From Sphyrna mokarran (lineage: Eukaryota), in assembly GCA_024679065.1 (NCBI GenBank), contig JAGIQG010000017.1, positions 30,504,001 through 30,568,000 on the forward strand: a stretch of 64,000 nt of DNA, in the 5' to 3' direction. Each line of letters opens with the position of its first letter. The stretch's first letter is position 1. The notes under the pieces were generated by a model. That model searched no databases. It was not told the DNA's origin and saw nothing but the letters and a program-made list of their open reading frames with translations. A program made the position numbers and the translations under genes. Of this stretch, positions 25,215 to 38,590 are shown in pieces.

Positions 25215-25490
25215 TTAAGTAAACAAAATCTTGAGGGAACAACCATTCCCTGGTATATTCCTTATGGCAACACCTTTACCAGAGTCCATCTGTCTAGTTT
25301 GAATTTGAGTAGTTTGACAGTTAACTGTTCCCCGCTGCATTTGTCATGACTGCACCTCTTTTCATACTACATAAACTGTTGTTCTCATTACTGTTGATAA
25401 TCTTACATTCTGTTCCAATGAGTGCAAGTTTCAAAGCTTAGACAGCATGTCTCTTTTTCCAGCAATACTCAAGTTCTGTACTACCTAAAA
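25215..25490 (+). mobile_element. Possible Penelope-like terminal repeat remnant
   Basis: ...CATAAACTGTTG...AATGAGTGCAAG...AAAGCTTAGACAGCATGTCTCTTTTTCCAGCAATACTCAAGTTCTGTACTACC, recognised by eye only. Confidence 0.35.
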
Positions 25491-28199
25491 CTATTATCAA
25501 CATTGTGATTACTGAATATTCTAATATAAGGCGTAAGCCTTGCCGTCATTTGTCTGTCCATAACCTGGGCACCCCTCAAGCAATCCATCACTACAGCTCA
25601 CCATGTTCTGAACTCTAAGAATGATGTCTGTGCCGAGTGTTGCTGGTGATGTTATTGACCTGATGTGAGAAAATAGGTGCTGAGTCCTCACAGGAGTTAA
25701 GCAGACTTTGTGAGTAGCAAAGGACATTGTAGATGTGTGAAATTCTTCACTGTGGTCTGAACAATGGGAAACCAAAGGCTTCTCTGGATGCTTGAAGAAT
25801 GATGAGGTGCGCACATCCAATCATTCGCTGCTCAAACATAATTTTAAACTACCATTCAAATGAAGGCTGCAAATGAGGAGGCAATGGGCAAGTTGGCCTT
25901 GACTGCAAGAGGGATTGAGACCAAAGAGATGTGTGTGCAGCTGACTGCAGCCTTGATGAGATCTCATGTGGAAGATTATTTGACCTGTCATCTCTCTATC
26001 AAATGTAGCAGTAGACCGAACAGAAAGGGACTGTGACTAAATTCACTGGACACCACTAAAGGACTTCAGTATTATCTTATGAGAAACCAGTAAGTACAAT
26101 GGGCCTGTGTGCTGGACTGTGCAGAGGACTGAGAAACTATATACATAGAGTATCAAGAGCTCTTAAGGGACTCACACAGGGAAGATGTTTAATCTGACTG
26201 GGATGTCCAGAATTCTGCAAAAGAAATTTGGTTCTAGCATGAAAAAATGTTGTATTATTGCAACTTGCACCTTGTTGGGTTTTCTACGTGCTTGTTTCGA
26301 AACAATAAAACAACTCTGCTGCTATTTTTCAAATCTCTGACATCATTATTTCTACTTAGTTTCTCATCAATAGAAAATTCACCAGCAGTTCTGCAGCTGG
26401 AAGTTGGTATGTTGCATTAAGTACATACGTGCAATGCTCTGCTATTCCCTCCACCCTACTCTCTCTGGTTTGAATAGCAAGAGACACAACAAGAGCATCC
26501 TCACTTGCACCGCTGCGCAAATTTGATGCCAGTGTTGCAGAAATGCATCTTGATGACAGAGTCATAGAATTTTACAGCATGGAAACAGGCCCTTCTGTCC
26601 AACTTGTCCATGCCATTCAGTTTTTACCATCAAGCTAGTCCCAATTTCCCACATTTGGCTCATATAATACAGAGACAGCTTTAAGATTGGAGGTTCTTTA
26701 AGAAGGCATTTCACCTATCTACACTGACAACTGGAAGCTGGAAATTTTTATCTCATTTACTATTGCAGGAAAATGTTTAAGAGAACCATACAGTTAAAAC
26801 TGCAGAGTTTTAAAAAATATCACCCATGATTGAACAATGGAGCAGGCTCGATGGGCTGAGTGGCCTAATTCTGTTCCTATGTCTTATGGTCCAATAAGGG
26901 AACCCATTCATTCAGGGTTTCCTGATTTCAAAACAGCCCCAGTGTGAAAGCTCCAAGCTAAGATCTCATCCTCAGTTTGCAGAGAATAAAACTTGGGACC
27001 AAACAGCATTTAACTTTCAACTATTCATACAAATGTATAAAAGCAACAGAATGTTATAAAAGAAGCATCATTAGCAGGTAAACATTTACACGTTGAAGGA
27101 AAGGGAAAACATCTACACAATACTGTTGCATAGTATAGAAAATTAAACATATATAAAATGGGATATAGAATACTGTACATAGGCGTGAATCATGCTCCAG
27201 TTAAGGACTAATTAAGCAGCATTAGGTGAAATGGGTTAATCTTGTATCTGGTTGACACATCAGAAGGAAACAGAAAGATTTTACCAGGAGGTTAAGAGGG
27301 AAAGAAAAATCTCAAAAGCTCCTTAAACTATTGCCATAACTCAGCTTCTCACATTGTGGCCCCCGTGTGCTTCTGGATGGTTTCAGTTCCTGAGAATTAT
27401 TCCACTGGGCATTGAATTTCATCACCCCTGTTGCTGTACATAAACATCACATAATTACTGACAAAACTATGTTATTATCCACAGGCTGCTTCTGCTTTTC
27501 AGATACAGTCTTAATCATGATTAAACACTTATTAATGGAACCTAGGTTAAGCAGCCACCTGTCTTTTGCAGGTAATTGTTGTTAGAACAGAAGATGAAGC
27601 TCCAAGGATTTTACAATATACAGTGCCCTGTCTTCCACAAAATACAGTAATCTCAAGATGTACAATATCCTGTAAGACATAATATTCTACTGTTTCTTAG
27701 TGGATCCAATTCTATATAATACACATGTATTATATATTTCTCTATTCTACACAGCATTCTGCAGTATATACCTTACAATATACAGAATTTAGCTTATAAT
27801 ATACTTTCATCTTGTGATATATATTGTATACAATGTATAAACTGGTAAACTTTTGCCTGGGTATTTTGACTGACACCATTCATGAGAACACCAATAAGAA
27901 AATGCCAACGGACCTACCAAGTCCGATGCTTTCCACAAACCATGCAAACATAATCCAAATCCAAATGAAACATAAATTGACAGATTTTTGGATCTTGGTT
28001 GACTTATATGTGTCAAATTGTTATCGCCCTCTATCTTTCAAATAGAATTTTACCAGGACACAAACTTTATTTTAAATATACATTCTTAAATTTTCTCCCA
28101 TAAATGATCCCGGGCTCAGAATCCCCTGCTGAAAGTGCACAAGTGAAAGTTAACAGTGTAATAGCTAATAGCTTTAACAGCATTGTAACTTGAAATGAG

Positions 28200-28383
28200 T
28201 CAACATGTTCTCCCCATGTGTGTGGCTTTCCTCCCGCAGTCGAAAAGATGTGCTGGTTAGGCGCATTGGTCATGCTAAATTCTCCTTCAGGGTGCCCAAA
28301 CAGGCACCAGAGTGTGGCAACTAGGTGATTTTCATAGTAACTTCACTGCAGTTTTAATGTAAGCCTACTTGTGATACTAATAA
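28200..28383 (+). mobile_element. 5'-truncated HE1-type SINE, tail B
   Basis: CATGTTCTCCCCATGTG...GAAAAGATGTGCTGGTTAGG...GTAACTTCACTGCAG...AAGCCTACTTGTGATACTAATAA. Confidence 0.82.
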
Positions 28384-29739
28384 TAGAACAATGCTATTAT
28401 ACTTCACTTTGCCCTCAGGGTATGAGCAACACTGGCAAAGCCATTACAAGTTGCAAACCTCACGGATTGGGTGTATAATTCTAGTGGTGTGTGGCTTTTT
28501 TGAAGCATTCAGAGTGCAACATGAACTACTTATATAGTTAGCAAAGAATTTTGCATTCTGCATTGAAACTATTGAAATATATGCAATGTTTTCAATTTGA
28601 ACTGAAGCACCGCAGTGTGAATTTTGATCTCTGAAGGAAATATAAATATCATTGTACTTTATTGTTATAATAATTGGACATATTTTGTAGTGTGCCTTTC
28701 GGATTTCATATAAATAAAGTATATTTTTGCAAATAAAAAGCCATTTCAAGTTGCCTTTATAATGTGGTGATGGGTTTTCTTTTCAGATCTCTAAACAGCC
28801 TCAAAGTGGAGTCTGGAGTCAGGAATCAGACTGGAAGTTGGGAAGGAAAGGGATAATGATAATTCAGTCACTGAAGCTTCTACAAGCAAAAGGTATCTTA
28901 CCAAGGTTAGAAAACAAACTTATCACAACTCAAAGAAGGTTGGGGCCAAACAAGTGACTGGGAACATCGAGGTGCCTGTGCTTCTGGACTAGCAGCAGAG
29001 CTTTGTGAGATGATTGACATCTGAAGGGCTGAACTCTTTGAACATCCATTCAGATTGATTGTCAGAACTGAGCAAGTTTCACTGGAAAATAAGGGTATAC
29101 AAGATGGAATTTCCACTTTTCTGTCCTTTGTTGAATTTCCTTAGTATTTCCTTCTATTAATCATTGTAATAGGCATTGTAGAAATATTTTAGCCTCTAGT
29201 ATGTTGCAAGAAACGCACGGCTATTTCCAACAGAGGGAGTCAGTATAGAATTTAGGAATGTAAGGTTACACTAGGTAACCATAGACACATAGACAGATAT
29301 TAGTATTATCAGCTCACATCCAAATTTTCCTCAGAACATAGGAGATATAATCCATCTCTCCAGATACTATTATCAGCACAGAAAAAGAATTTCACCAGGA
29401 GCAGAGGACACTGAAGTGTATAACATCATGCCTTCAGGGGAAGGGGGGGGGGGGAACAACCAGTTCATCCAATCAGTTCAAAGACATAATGTTCATCCAA
29501 GTTTTGGAAACATGGCTAACTACTGAAATTGGACAGCATCTGAAAACAGGCATAAGGATCATAATTCTGCACTGGAGACTTTGGAAAAAGAGGCAGAGGT
29601 GAGGAGATTATTCCATGAGGAGGTTCTCCAGGCAAAGCAATGGCCCATATAGCCATGGTGATCGTTGCCAAGAGTGCAGGCCCCAGTGATGAGCCGAATG
29701 GCCACCTTCTGCACTGTAGGATTCTATGATCTGCTGAAT

Positions 29740-30460
29740 CACATTTTGTGCAGCTGCATAGTCATGGTCACCATCACAACTGCGGGCAATGCCATCCTCG
29801 CCCTGCTGTGAGATTTGGCTGGCAGCAGGTGAAAGATTCCACTGAGCACCTCCTTGATGAGAGCAGAGACACCTGATTCACATTTCCTTGCTGAGGTTCC
29901 AGGGAAGGAAATTGTTCCCTGAATGTCCCTCCTCCCTCTGGTAGCGGCTTTTCCTATACTGTGTATTCCTAATAATTCTCTCTCTCTTCCATGCTGTAAG
30001 AATGCATTCCATGCAACCCCACATCCACAGACTAGTGGACTGTGAAGAATCCTTGAAGTTGGGACAAAGTTGTATGGCGCATGCCTACACCACTCCATGT
30101 AGACTTCAGCAAATTTAAGCAATTCTGAAATCACCAAATCCGAAAGTAGTTAACAATCCTTTTAAATAGCAGTGGTGGAGACTTTTCCTGCTGCTCAACA
30201 CATGGTCAGCTGCATAAGATTCAGAGTGAGGTTCAGTTGGAGCACTGAACCTCAAAATGGCAGCACTGGTGTCAAGGTGGCCTTGTGTGCTAACTGATGC
30301 CATGATCAGCCTATACTTATACTTCCAACACACACATGCCTTCGCCAAAATGACATCTAGCGCAGATTGTACCAAAAATATACAAGGGCCTTGGATGCAT
30401 TTTGGAGGTCAAATGGCATTTGTAGCACTAAAAGGAAAGGTGCTACAGAGCCGAATTTCA
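29740..30460 (-). mobile_element. Second Harbinger-like Myb/SANT remnant
   Basis: ORF 29739-30137 contains ARKCESGVSALIKEVLSGIFHLLP...RARMALPAVVMV, a degenerate form of the motif at 17600. Confidence 0.35.
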
Positions 30461-31764
30461 GGACAATAGACTTCAATCTATTGAATGGAGTGGACACAAT
30501 ATAAACTTTCAAATTTCTAAGGAATCAAATCAAAAATTAATCTCTTCAGTTTATTTCAATCTCACATATTGATCTTGACTGTAAATTTATAATCAGTGAG
30601 TAGTTAAGGCTGATTGCTGTGACATAATGGAGTTGACCTTATAAAGTATTTTAGTTAATGAATTAAACACATCAATTATTTGTGTACTTAACTATTTTAG
30701 TGCTGCTAAGACTTTAACGCTAATAAGTAATTGCTAGTTCATCTTCTTTCATCTTTCGTTGGAACAAAAGGGTTAATTAATTCACTCAATACCTGTGAAA
30801 CTCCCATCAGGATCTGCAACAGTGCAAACGCTAATACGCAAGCAGATTGATGCTGAACAGTTCAGAGAGCCAATTAACTCCAGGGCATTGACTAGGTGGT
30901 TAAACCCCAGACCGTTCCTTGACAAGTTGTTAACACGAAAGAGTTAAGGATATATCTGGTGCCCTTAATGAATTATCCTTGTCAAGAATTTTACATACTC
31001 CCATGACGATCTTGGGTAGGGAACACTAAGATTTTGAACATCAGTGATGAAAGAGTAGTGATAAATGTTCATTTTTGTCTTTGTGCATGCCTTTCAGGTG
31101 ATAGCATTCCTATGGTGTTTTCAGATACATTCACTAAAGCATTCCAGACCTGAAACATCATGCAAAAACCTCTATAATGTAAAATAATTTCCTAAGTATC
31201 ACCACTCTAGTTCCCAGTACTGATCTTTCTGAGTCCTGAACATAATGTCAAAAGTCTTATCATTGGGAGAGGGCTTCAGATGAATCCCATTCTAGTTTTC
31301 TCTTAATATTATGAATATTAATCTCAGCATGGTCACCTACATTTAGCTCATCTCCCTGACCTATATCTTTACATATAGTGAGCGGGAGAACTAAACCCTT
31401 GTAGGTCATCTAACATATCGCTCAGGGAAGGAGTAGTTTACACACATCTGAGGAACTCCCATTCCCCTTTCTTTATAAATAAATAATTAAAATCTCCTTG
31501 AACAATAACTTGATTATCCTAACTCATTTGTTTATTCTGTCTCTTCCATTTCCTTCCCACAATTTTCTGATCTATAATACACCCCAGCTAATGTAGCAAG
31601 AATGTTTCAAAATCTTTGAACACCAACAATGTTGACTCTGTACTCCTTCCATCTTGGCACTGATGATTCTCTCTTGCATCAATATTGCCATTTCACACTC
31701 CTATCTTCCCTTTTCTAACACTCTCATATAAACTATGAGCTAACATGTCCTCACAAGTGCTGAA

Positions 31765-32180
31765 AAATAAAAGCAAAATACTGCGGATGCTGGAGGTCTA
31801 TAAGAAAGACGAAGGATGGGATTTTCTGGCCTCGCTCACCCCAAGACGAGAATCCTGCCTGAGGTGAAAAGGCCTTTATATGGTTCGCCTCCCCCCACTA
31901 TGATTCCTCTGGCAGGCAGGAGGGGAAAATTTAGCCCGAAGTGCTGGAAAAATTCAGTAGGTGTGGCAGCATCTGTGGAGAGAGAAACAGAGGAGACATT
32001 TCAAAGTGGACTTGAAACGTTAACTCTATTTCTCTCACCACCCACACTGGGCAGAATTCTCCAGTCCTACGTGCCATTGGGATCATCTGGTCCCATTGAA
32101 AGGCAATGGAGTTTTTGGCCAGTTCGTTGAATGCCGGCCACTTCTAGAACTGCTGAATTTTTCTAGTACTTCTTGTTTTT
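31765..32180. mobile_element. Penelope-like palindromic repeat interrupted by two MITEs (31814-31937 and ~32049-32146)
   Basis: Left arm GCTGGAAAAATTCAGTAGG...GAGAGAAACAGAG..ACATTTCAA is inverted to right arm TTGAAACGT..CTCTATTTCTCTC...CTGCTGAATTTTTCTAGT. The first MITE has a 3-bp GAA duplication at 31811-31813 and 31938-31940. Confidence 0.7.
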
Positions 32181-33596
32181 ATCTCATTTGTGTTCTCCAA
32201 TTCAGAATGGCACTGCCTCAGCCAGGTCAGCATATGGTGTTCAGTGGTCAACATTTAAAAGGGGAGATTCTCCAGAGCTCCAACCAAGTCTACTGGGTCG
32301 TTTGGGCACAGCGAATATTGGAAAATTGAGCCATTGAGGAATAACCAATCACATTCACAGATAATGTTGCACTTCAATTCACGTAATCTTGCAACATGCA
32401 CTTCACTGAATAATCAGCCAGCCGCAAGTGAACACAAATCCAGGAAAATCTCCCCTTGAATGCCCATGAGTATATGGCTAGATGTATTTTCACTTTAATT
32501 TTACATTTAAATTCACTCAGGTTAATGAGTGAAATCCAACTTTTCACTGGACAGTAATTATGTCACATGCGATGTTAAGTCTAAAGAACGGAAGATTCCT
32601 TGCTTCAGGGATGCACTATCTGCTGCCTTTGGGGCCAGACACAAGTTAAATGCAACATTGGTGCTGCCGTGGAGCAGAAATCATGAAGCAACAACACAAA
32701 GGGAACAGTATAAAGGCACTTTATCTCAAACAGGTCATTCTCTTTGAGCAGCCTCTCCGATGAAAACTATGCTTTCAATCTACGCTTATTTCGAAATGGA
32801 AACATAATGAACATACTTGAATGGGTTCATGGCTTCCTTTGCACCCAACTGTTCATTAGGGTGACCCCTTAACAGTGCCTTCGGGATAAGGTCCATGTGA
32901 TTTTTAAATAGAAATAACGCAGCAGAATTTGACACTTTACAAGCTTTTTTGCATTGTCAAAATTCAACTTTAACTTTAAGCAGAACAGGTAAAGTAAGAT
33001 AATATCTTACACATTAGAAGAAAAATCAATGGCACTAATGTATTGGAGTTGTCAGGAATACAAATCCAGAAAAAGTTATAGTCCTGTCACAAATAAAAGC
33101 CAATAATAATGTCATTACCCCAATAGCGTGGTTGAATGGTTGAAATGTTTGCTTCAGATGGCTAAAGCTTAATTAATTCAGGCTTCACAGAGTCCAAAAT
33201 TCAACACTGAAATTTGGACTAGAACTCAGTTCCAACTTCCTGATTTTCTACGGATTTGAATTTTTGTTGCTTGTTCCCATGGATGACTGTATTTCTTTAA
33301 AGTGTTAGCTTCAAACATGTTCCTTTGTTAAAACTGTGATGCATTTATTAAGTTGTAGACGCAACCATATATTCAATACTAATTATTAACACATTTTGAA
33401 AATGGGCTACAAAGTGTACAGCTGTGGTCATCAATATTCACTTAATTTACTTTGAGCAAGATCTGTTCCTAAACAACAAAAAGCAAAGGAAAAGCTGCAA
33501 AAGCCGGAAAATCAGAACCAAAAACAGAACACACTGAAACACTCAGCCGGTCAGGACAGAACAGATCCGTTAATTTTGTTGGTTTAATGTGTCCAT

Positions 33597-33745
33597 TCAG
33601 AGGACGTGGGCATCACTGAAAAGATCAGCATTTATTGCCTATCCCTAACTGTCCTTGAGTGATGGTAACGAGATGCCTTCTTAAACAGCTACAGTCCACG
33701 TGGTGTTGACACATCCACACCGTGTAGGGAGGGAGCATTTTGGAT
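33597..33745 (-). mobile_element. LINE/SINE 3' tail fragment
   Basis: GGACGTGGGCATCACTG...CAGCATTTATTGCCTATCCCTAACTGTCCTTGAG, the same tail as at 46640-46900. Confidence 0.65.
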
Positions 33746-35085
33746 GCAGTATTACAGTATTTTGTCTTTAGAGATTGTTTGGCACATTTTCTACTACTTT
33801 TATTAATACATTTCTTACAAAAAGTAACATTGCAATATACAAGTAAATCACTATTCAATTCAGTTGTTTAGTTTTTTTTAAAGTTATAAATCATGATATT
33901 GGATAATATGCCAATATATGAATTATTCAACACTCTACACTTTGTATTTCTTCATAATTTATACATGTTTTCTAGATATCATAACTAATTTGCATATCCT
34001 CACTATGTCAAATTTCAATAATTCCATAAATGTGATTTTCTAAAAATATCTTTTAAATTGTTAAAATAATGCACTACTGGAATGACTCCTAAATGCAGTG
34101 AGTACCCTTCTGTCCGCAAGTAAGGGATGGTCAATTGGCACAAAGCTCCATGATCTTAAGGTTCAGCTGCATGACAATGCTCATTATTGGAGTTACTGCA
34201 AGTTATTAGTCTTTACAGCCAATCAGTGAATTGACAACCAGAGTGAATTTTGTATAAATATTGAATGCTAGAAGGAATAACATCACAAAGAATTTAATTC
34301 TCAAACATTATACACCCACCTTCACAAATGTAAGATTTCAACAGACATTTTCAAACATAAATGTTTTCAAAACATTATGAAAAATTAGACATTTTCAAAT
34401 GCACAATTAATGCATTCATAAAAATCTGCATAATGTTTAACAATCTGCACATCCTAAACCCATTTGTAATATTTTTGCACGGTCAAAGCAATCATTAGAT
34501 TCTCTCAGTTTATTTTCCAAATGTTTGTGAAGCTAATAATGTCAGATTGTAAAATATTCAGATCTTTTTGGTCATGAATGCAACAAGGTCCTGCTGCCCA
34601 CTTTGCTGCCAAACTGCAAATCATGAAAATGAATGAAAATTTACATGGACTGCAGTATTTCAAAGCTTTAGATACCATAGAAAAACTAGTCAACCAAAAG
34701 TACAAAGTTATCACCACCTCCACACTCTGCAGCGTTTCCCTTAAACAGTAGAAAACTACAGATACTGATAACCTCAGAATAACCATATTCTAAAGGGAGC
34801 AATTTCACAATTTAAAAACCGTGGCTTGTTATGCCATTTCTTTTGGAAAGCAGACAACTTAATATTGAGATTTCTACTAATTGGAGGAGAGCTGTTTTTA
34901 AATGGCAGCTTCAGATGTTTTGGATCAGATGTACATTTTTTATTAAATTCGTATTTTATTTTGAAAACCAACATAGTGTCAGATGTATGCGTGGTACACA
35001 GTAACCGTGAGCTCCTCTCATTTCACAAAAAGGGATATTGTGTTCTTGCCTCTGACCTTCCTCAGTCTGAAATGTGAGTACATAC

Positions 35086-35163
35086 CTCTCCTTGCTGCTG
35101 CTTTGCCTGCCAGACTGCCGCGTTCCTCTGTAGGCCGCTGTTGGTTTCCCCACCAAGCCCCCG
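35086..35163 (-). CDS. CTBP2: Candidate 78-nt in-frame cassette exon of CTBP2 (AGAWWGNQQRPTEERGSLAGKAAARR)
   Basis: Acceptor tttatgttcttgttattttttaaAG|CGG and donor GAG|GTATGT. Length is a multiple of 3 and it is open in phase 1. It is a GC/CpG-rich island in non-repetitive AT-rich intron. No transcript evidence available. Confidence 0.45.
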
Positions 35164-35288
35164 CTTTAAAAAATAACAAGAACATAAAGGCTCCTACAGT
35201 TTGACAATAGATGCTTTTTTCAATGTAATTAAGGGCAAGGGGAAGTAGTGTTTCTTTAAAACGATTGAATTTTTAGATTGTAATACTA

Positions 35289-35378
35289 ACACACACACAC
35301 ACTAATACACACACACACTAATACACACACACACACACAAATATGGACACAGTAACACACACATACACACACACACAC
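35289..35378. repeat. Interrupted (CA)n microsatellite, read as (UG)n on the CTBP2 pre-mRNA
   Basis: Several (AC)n runs separated by TAATAC. Confidence 0.95.
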
Positions 35379-35629
35379 TTATGTAGTATTCTTGCATGCA
35401 GCAGTTGTAACTTCTCTAAAGCACCAACACTCTCTTAAGTGATCTTCACTGCAGTACATTCAGGCAGGCACTCAGTTTGGCTCAAGAGAATATCACATAA
35501 CAAGAATGTGAAAGCACATTATGGCAATTAAAATTCAAGTAACAAAGCATGTTTATTCAAATGATGAGCTTTTAAACAAATCATGTTTGAACATTTTACT
35601 TTTCTGTCACAATTGTTAAAAGTGGTTAT

Positions 35630-36245
35630 TAAAAGCAGGTTAACCATGCCGTTAAAAAGTACAAACAAAGCACTGGGGTTCATTTCATTAGAGCAGTATT
35701 CAAGCACAGAGAAGCTATATTAAACTTACACAGAATCTCAGTTAAACCAAAAAGTGTGTGGTGCACAAGCGAGTATAGAAACACTGGAGAAAGGTTATAT
35801 CAGAACTGAGAGGGCACAATTATCAATGAAGACTGAATAAGCCAGGTTCTTTCTGCTGGGAAAAAGACTGAGAGGTAGCCTGATAGCAATCTTTACAACT
35901 TCTGAATGGATTGAATCATGCAGATATAGAGAAGATGCTTCCACTTAAGAGGGGGCCCAAAACTAAGATAATCTATAAATATAATAAACTTAATAAGGAA
36001 TTTGAAAGAACTCTATTCACTCAGAGTGGTCAAAATGTGAAACTTGCTACCAATTGGAGTGGCTGAGTTTAATAGCATTGATGCATTTGGTGGGAAACTA
36101 GATATGTGCAAGTACGAAAGGAACAGAAGGATATGTTGACAGGGTGAGAAGTAAATAGATTGGAAAGAGACTTGGGTGAGGTATAAACACTGACATAAAG
36201 TGATTGGGCTACATAGACTGTTTCTTTCTGTGCTGCAAATTCTAA
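35630..36245 (+). mobile_element. Old CR1 3' fragment
   Basis: GAAAAAGACTGAGAGGTAGCCTGATAG...TTCACTCAGAGTGGTCAAAATGTGAAAC...GTATAAACACTGACATA. Confidence 0.7.
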
Positions 36246-37484
36246 GCATCATTATAGAAAGAGGATGTACAATGCCTGATTAGCTGAAGAAAACCCTTAC
36301 TAATAACAGTTAACTCTCCGTGCAAATCTATGTGAGGAATGCCAATTGACACTGTGCAGGCATGCACGAGTTTGCAATCAGAACCAAGTGTCTCAGGGGC
36401 CTAATGGAAAAGCATTATATTTGAGATAGGCTGGGCTGAACATTACGTGGAGGTGACAAAGAGTTTAAAGGCAAGCCCACCTCTTCTTTGTTGGGCCAAG
36501 CTCACTTTACAGCTATTAGGCCATTCAGTGGCTTAAAGAGAGAACATTCTGCAAAGCAGCTGGGAGCAAATCCCTGTCTCCAAGAAGTGCTGGCCAGTAA
36601 CCGGCAGCTCTCAAACCCCAACAGTGCCACCAGAAGCACTGGCCACAGTTGGGATTGCAGTTAGTCCCCCATCAATGACCGTCAATGAGGCCAGAAGATA
36701 AGTTGGCATCTTTGGCTGGGAACAGTCATACAGATCCCAGTGACCTAGGAGGCGGAGGCGGGGGGGGGGGAGGCAGGCACAGCAGGGATTGGAGGTTCTA
36801 CCCAATGAGTCTGAAAACCATTAATAAGCCTTAAAGATCTCAATGGGCCCAATAGTGGGTAGTCCCCATCCCCACCCCACCAAAGCTCATAAAATGCCGC
36901 TGAGGTGGGTAGAGAACAGGCAGGGCACTGCTGCCATAGTCTTCCCCCTTCCAATATCCCTCCAGTCAGTCCACTCGGGAGGGGGTGGGGGGTAGCAGCT
37001 AAAATGGCAACAGATCTTTTATGAAACAGTAAATGACCAGTAGACACTTCCTCTTTTCAGAGATCAAGCTCACCGACAAGCCTCACCTTAATTTCTTCTC
37101 ACCGCATCTGCCTGTCTCTTGAACTTTTTTAAACTGGTGGTTTCAGTGCCTCCTCTGCTATACAACTCCACAGGATAAAAGAGGATCTGATTAAGTTTCC
37201 CGCTTGCTTCTAACCTCCTAATATTTAATTTATGTATCCTTCACCACACTGAACAATTTGCTTCAATCAATTTTGGCAACTCCCTCCTGAGAATTGATGG
37301 AAAAGGAATACATGATTCCCCTTAGGACACCACCCCCCTGCCAAAGTGCTTTATAGTCAAGGGAAACTTTTGAAGTGCAGTCACTTATGTAAATAAATAC
37401 ATAGCCCACCCACAGCTTTATAAAAATATATATTTTTTGTTTTTTCTTTAGCTAAGCCTGTTGCTGCAAAGTGACTGTCCAAGA

Positions 37485-37692
37485 TCATAGAGTTACAGTG
37501 CAGGAGGAGGCTATTCGGTCCATCTAGTTTACTCTGACTCTCCAAAACAACATCTTATCTAGGCACCCTCCCCCAAGCCCCCACCATAATCCTGTGCATT
37601 TACTGTGGCTAATCCACCCAACATACATATCTCGGGACACTAAGGGGGTATTTAGCATGGCCAATCCACCTAATTTACCTACCTTTGGACTT
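37485..37692 (-). mobile_element. 5'-truncated HE1-type SINE (tail A)
   Basis: TTTAGCATGGCCAATCCACCTAA...CTTTGGACT, plus tail ACAGTGCAGGAGGAGGCTATTCGG. Confidence 0.8.
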
Positions 37693-38217
37693 GAAGATGG
37701 TGATGCATATCTGAACTCAGGGACTAGGTGTGGACTCTATTAATGAATTGGAACATCACTTACAACAACACGAGTTTGAACAGTGTTGAAAACGCTCCCA
37801 GTCTGTTTACTGCCCTAGTCAAAAACAGTAAAAGCCTAGCTGTGAGTTTCAGGTTACAACAAGATAATAAAGAAGACTGCAATTACGTAGTTCCTTTTAA
37901 GACCTCACAACACCCAAGGTGCTTTACAACCACCTAATTACTTCCGAAATGTTGCTACTACAGTGGTATAGCTTTTCGCTGTGTCCCGTTCTCTCCTAAT
38001 AAATTCTGGGGCAGCCACAGAAACATCAAGCAGCCTCTTTTATCTCATTCCAAATGGCTGTCCTTCAGGTCCAAATCGAGGAACATTATTATTTCACTGC
38101 AGTAGGTATATCACAGCCAATTCCAATGCTATTGTCACTCAGTATCTGGATGTTCAGGGTTCAATTCCAGGGCTTTCTAGTTGCTATGGCTGAGATAAAT
38201 CACTGCACCAGCTCCGC

Positions 38218-38590
38218 AACATTTTTAAATTCTCACCTTTGCTTTCAAATCCTGTCCCTCCCCATGCCTGTAACCTTCTCCAGCCCAACTTGAAATGTTC
38301 CACCATTGGCAGTCATGTATTTTGCTGCTTAGGCCCTCAGTTCTAGAATTTCCACCTTAAGAACCTAAGAACTAGGAGCAAGAGTAGACCATCTGGCCTC
38401 TTGAACTTGCTCCACCATTCAGTAAATCTCCTCTTTTTCTTCCTTTAAGAATCTCCTTTGGAACTACTCTCTTTGATCAAGCTTTTAGACGCCAATCCCC
38501 ATATCTCCTCATGTAGCCTGACATCAAATTCAGTGTGAAAATATTCCTGTGAACTGCTTTGGGACGAAGCACTGGTATTATAGAAACTAT
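38218..38590 (+). mobile_element. L2-type LINE 3' end, with a small nested CR1 tail (~38360-38425, minus)
   Basis: TTTTAAATTCTCACCTTTGCTTTCAAATCC...CTACTCTCTTTGATCAAGCTTTT...CTGTGAACTGCTTTGGGACG. Confidence 0.6.
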
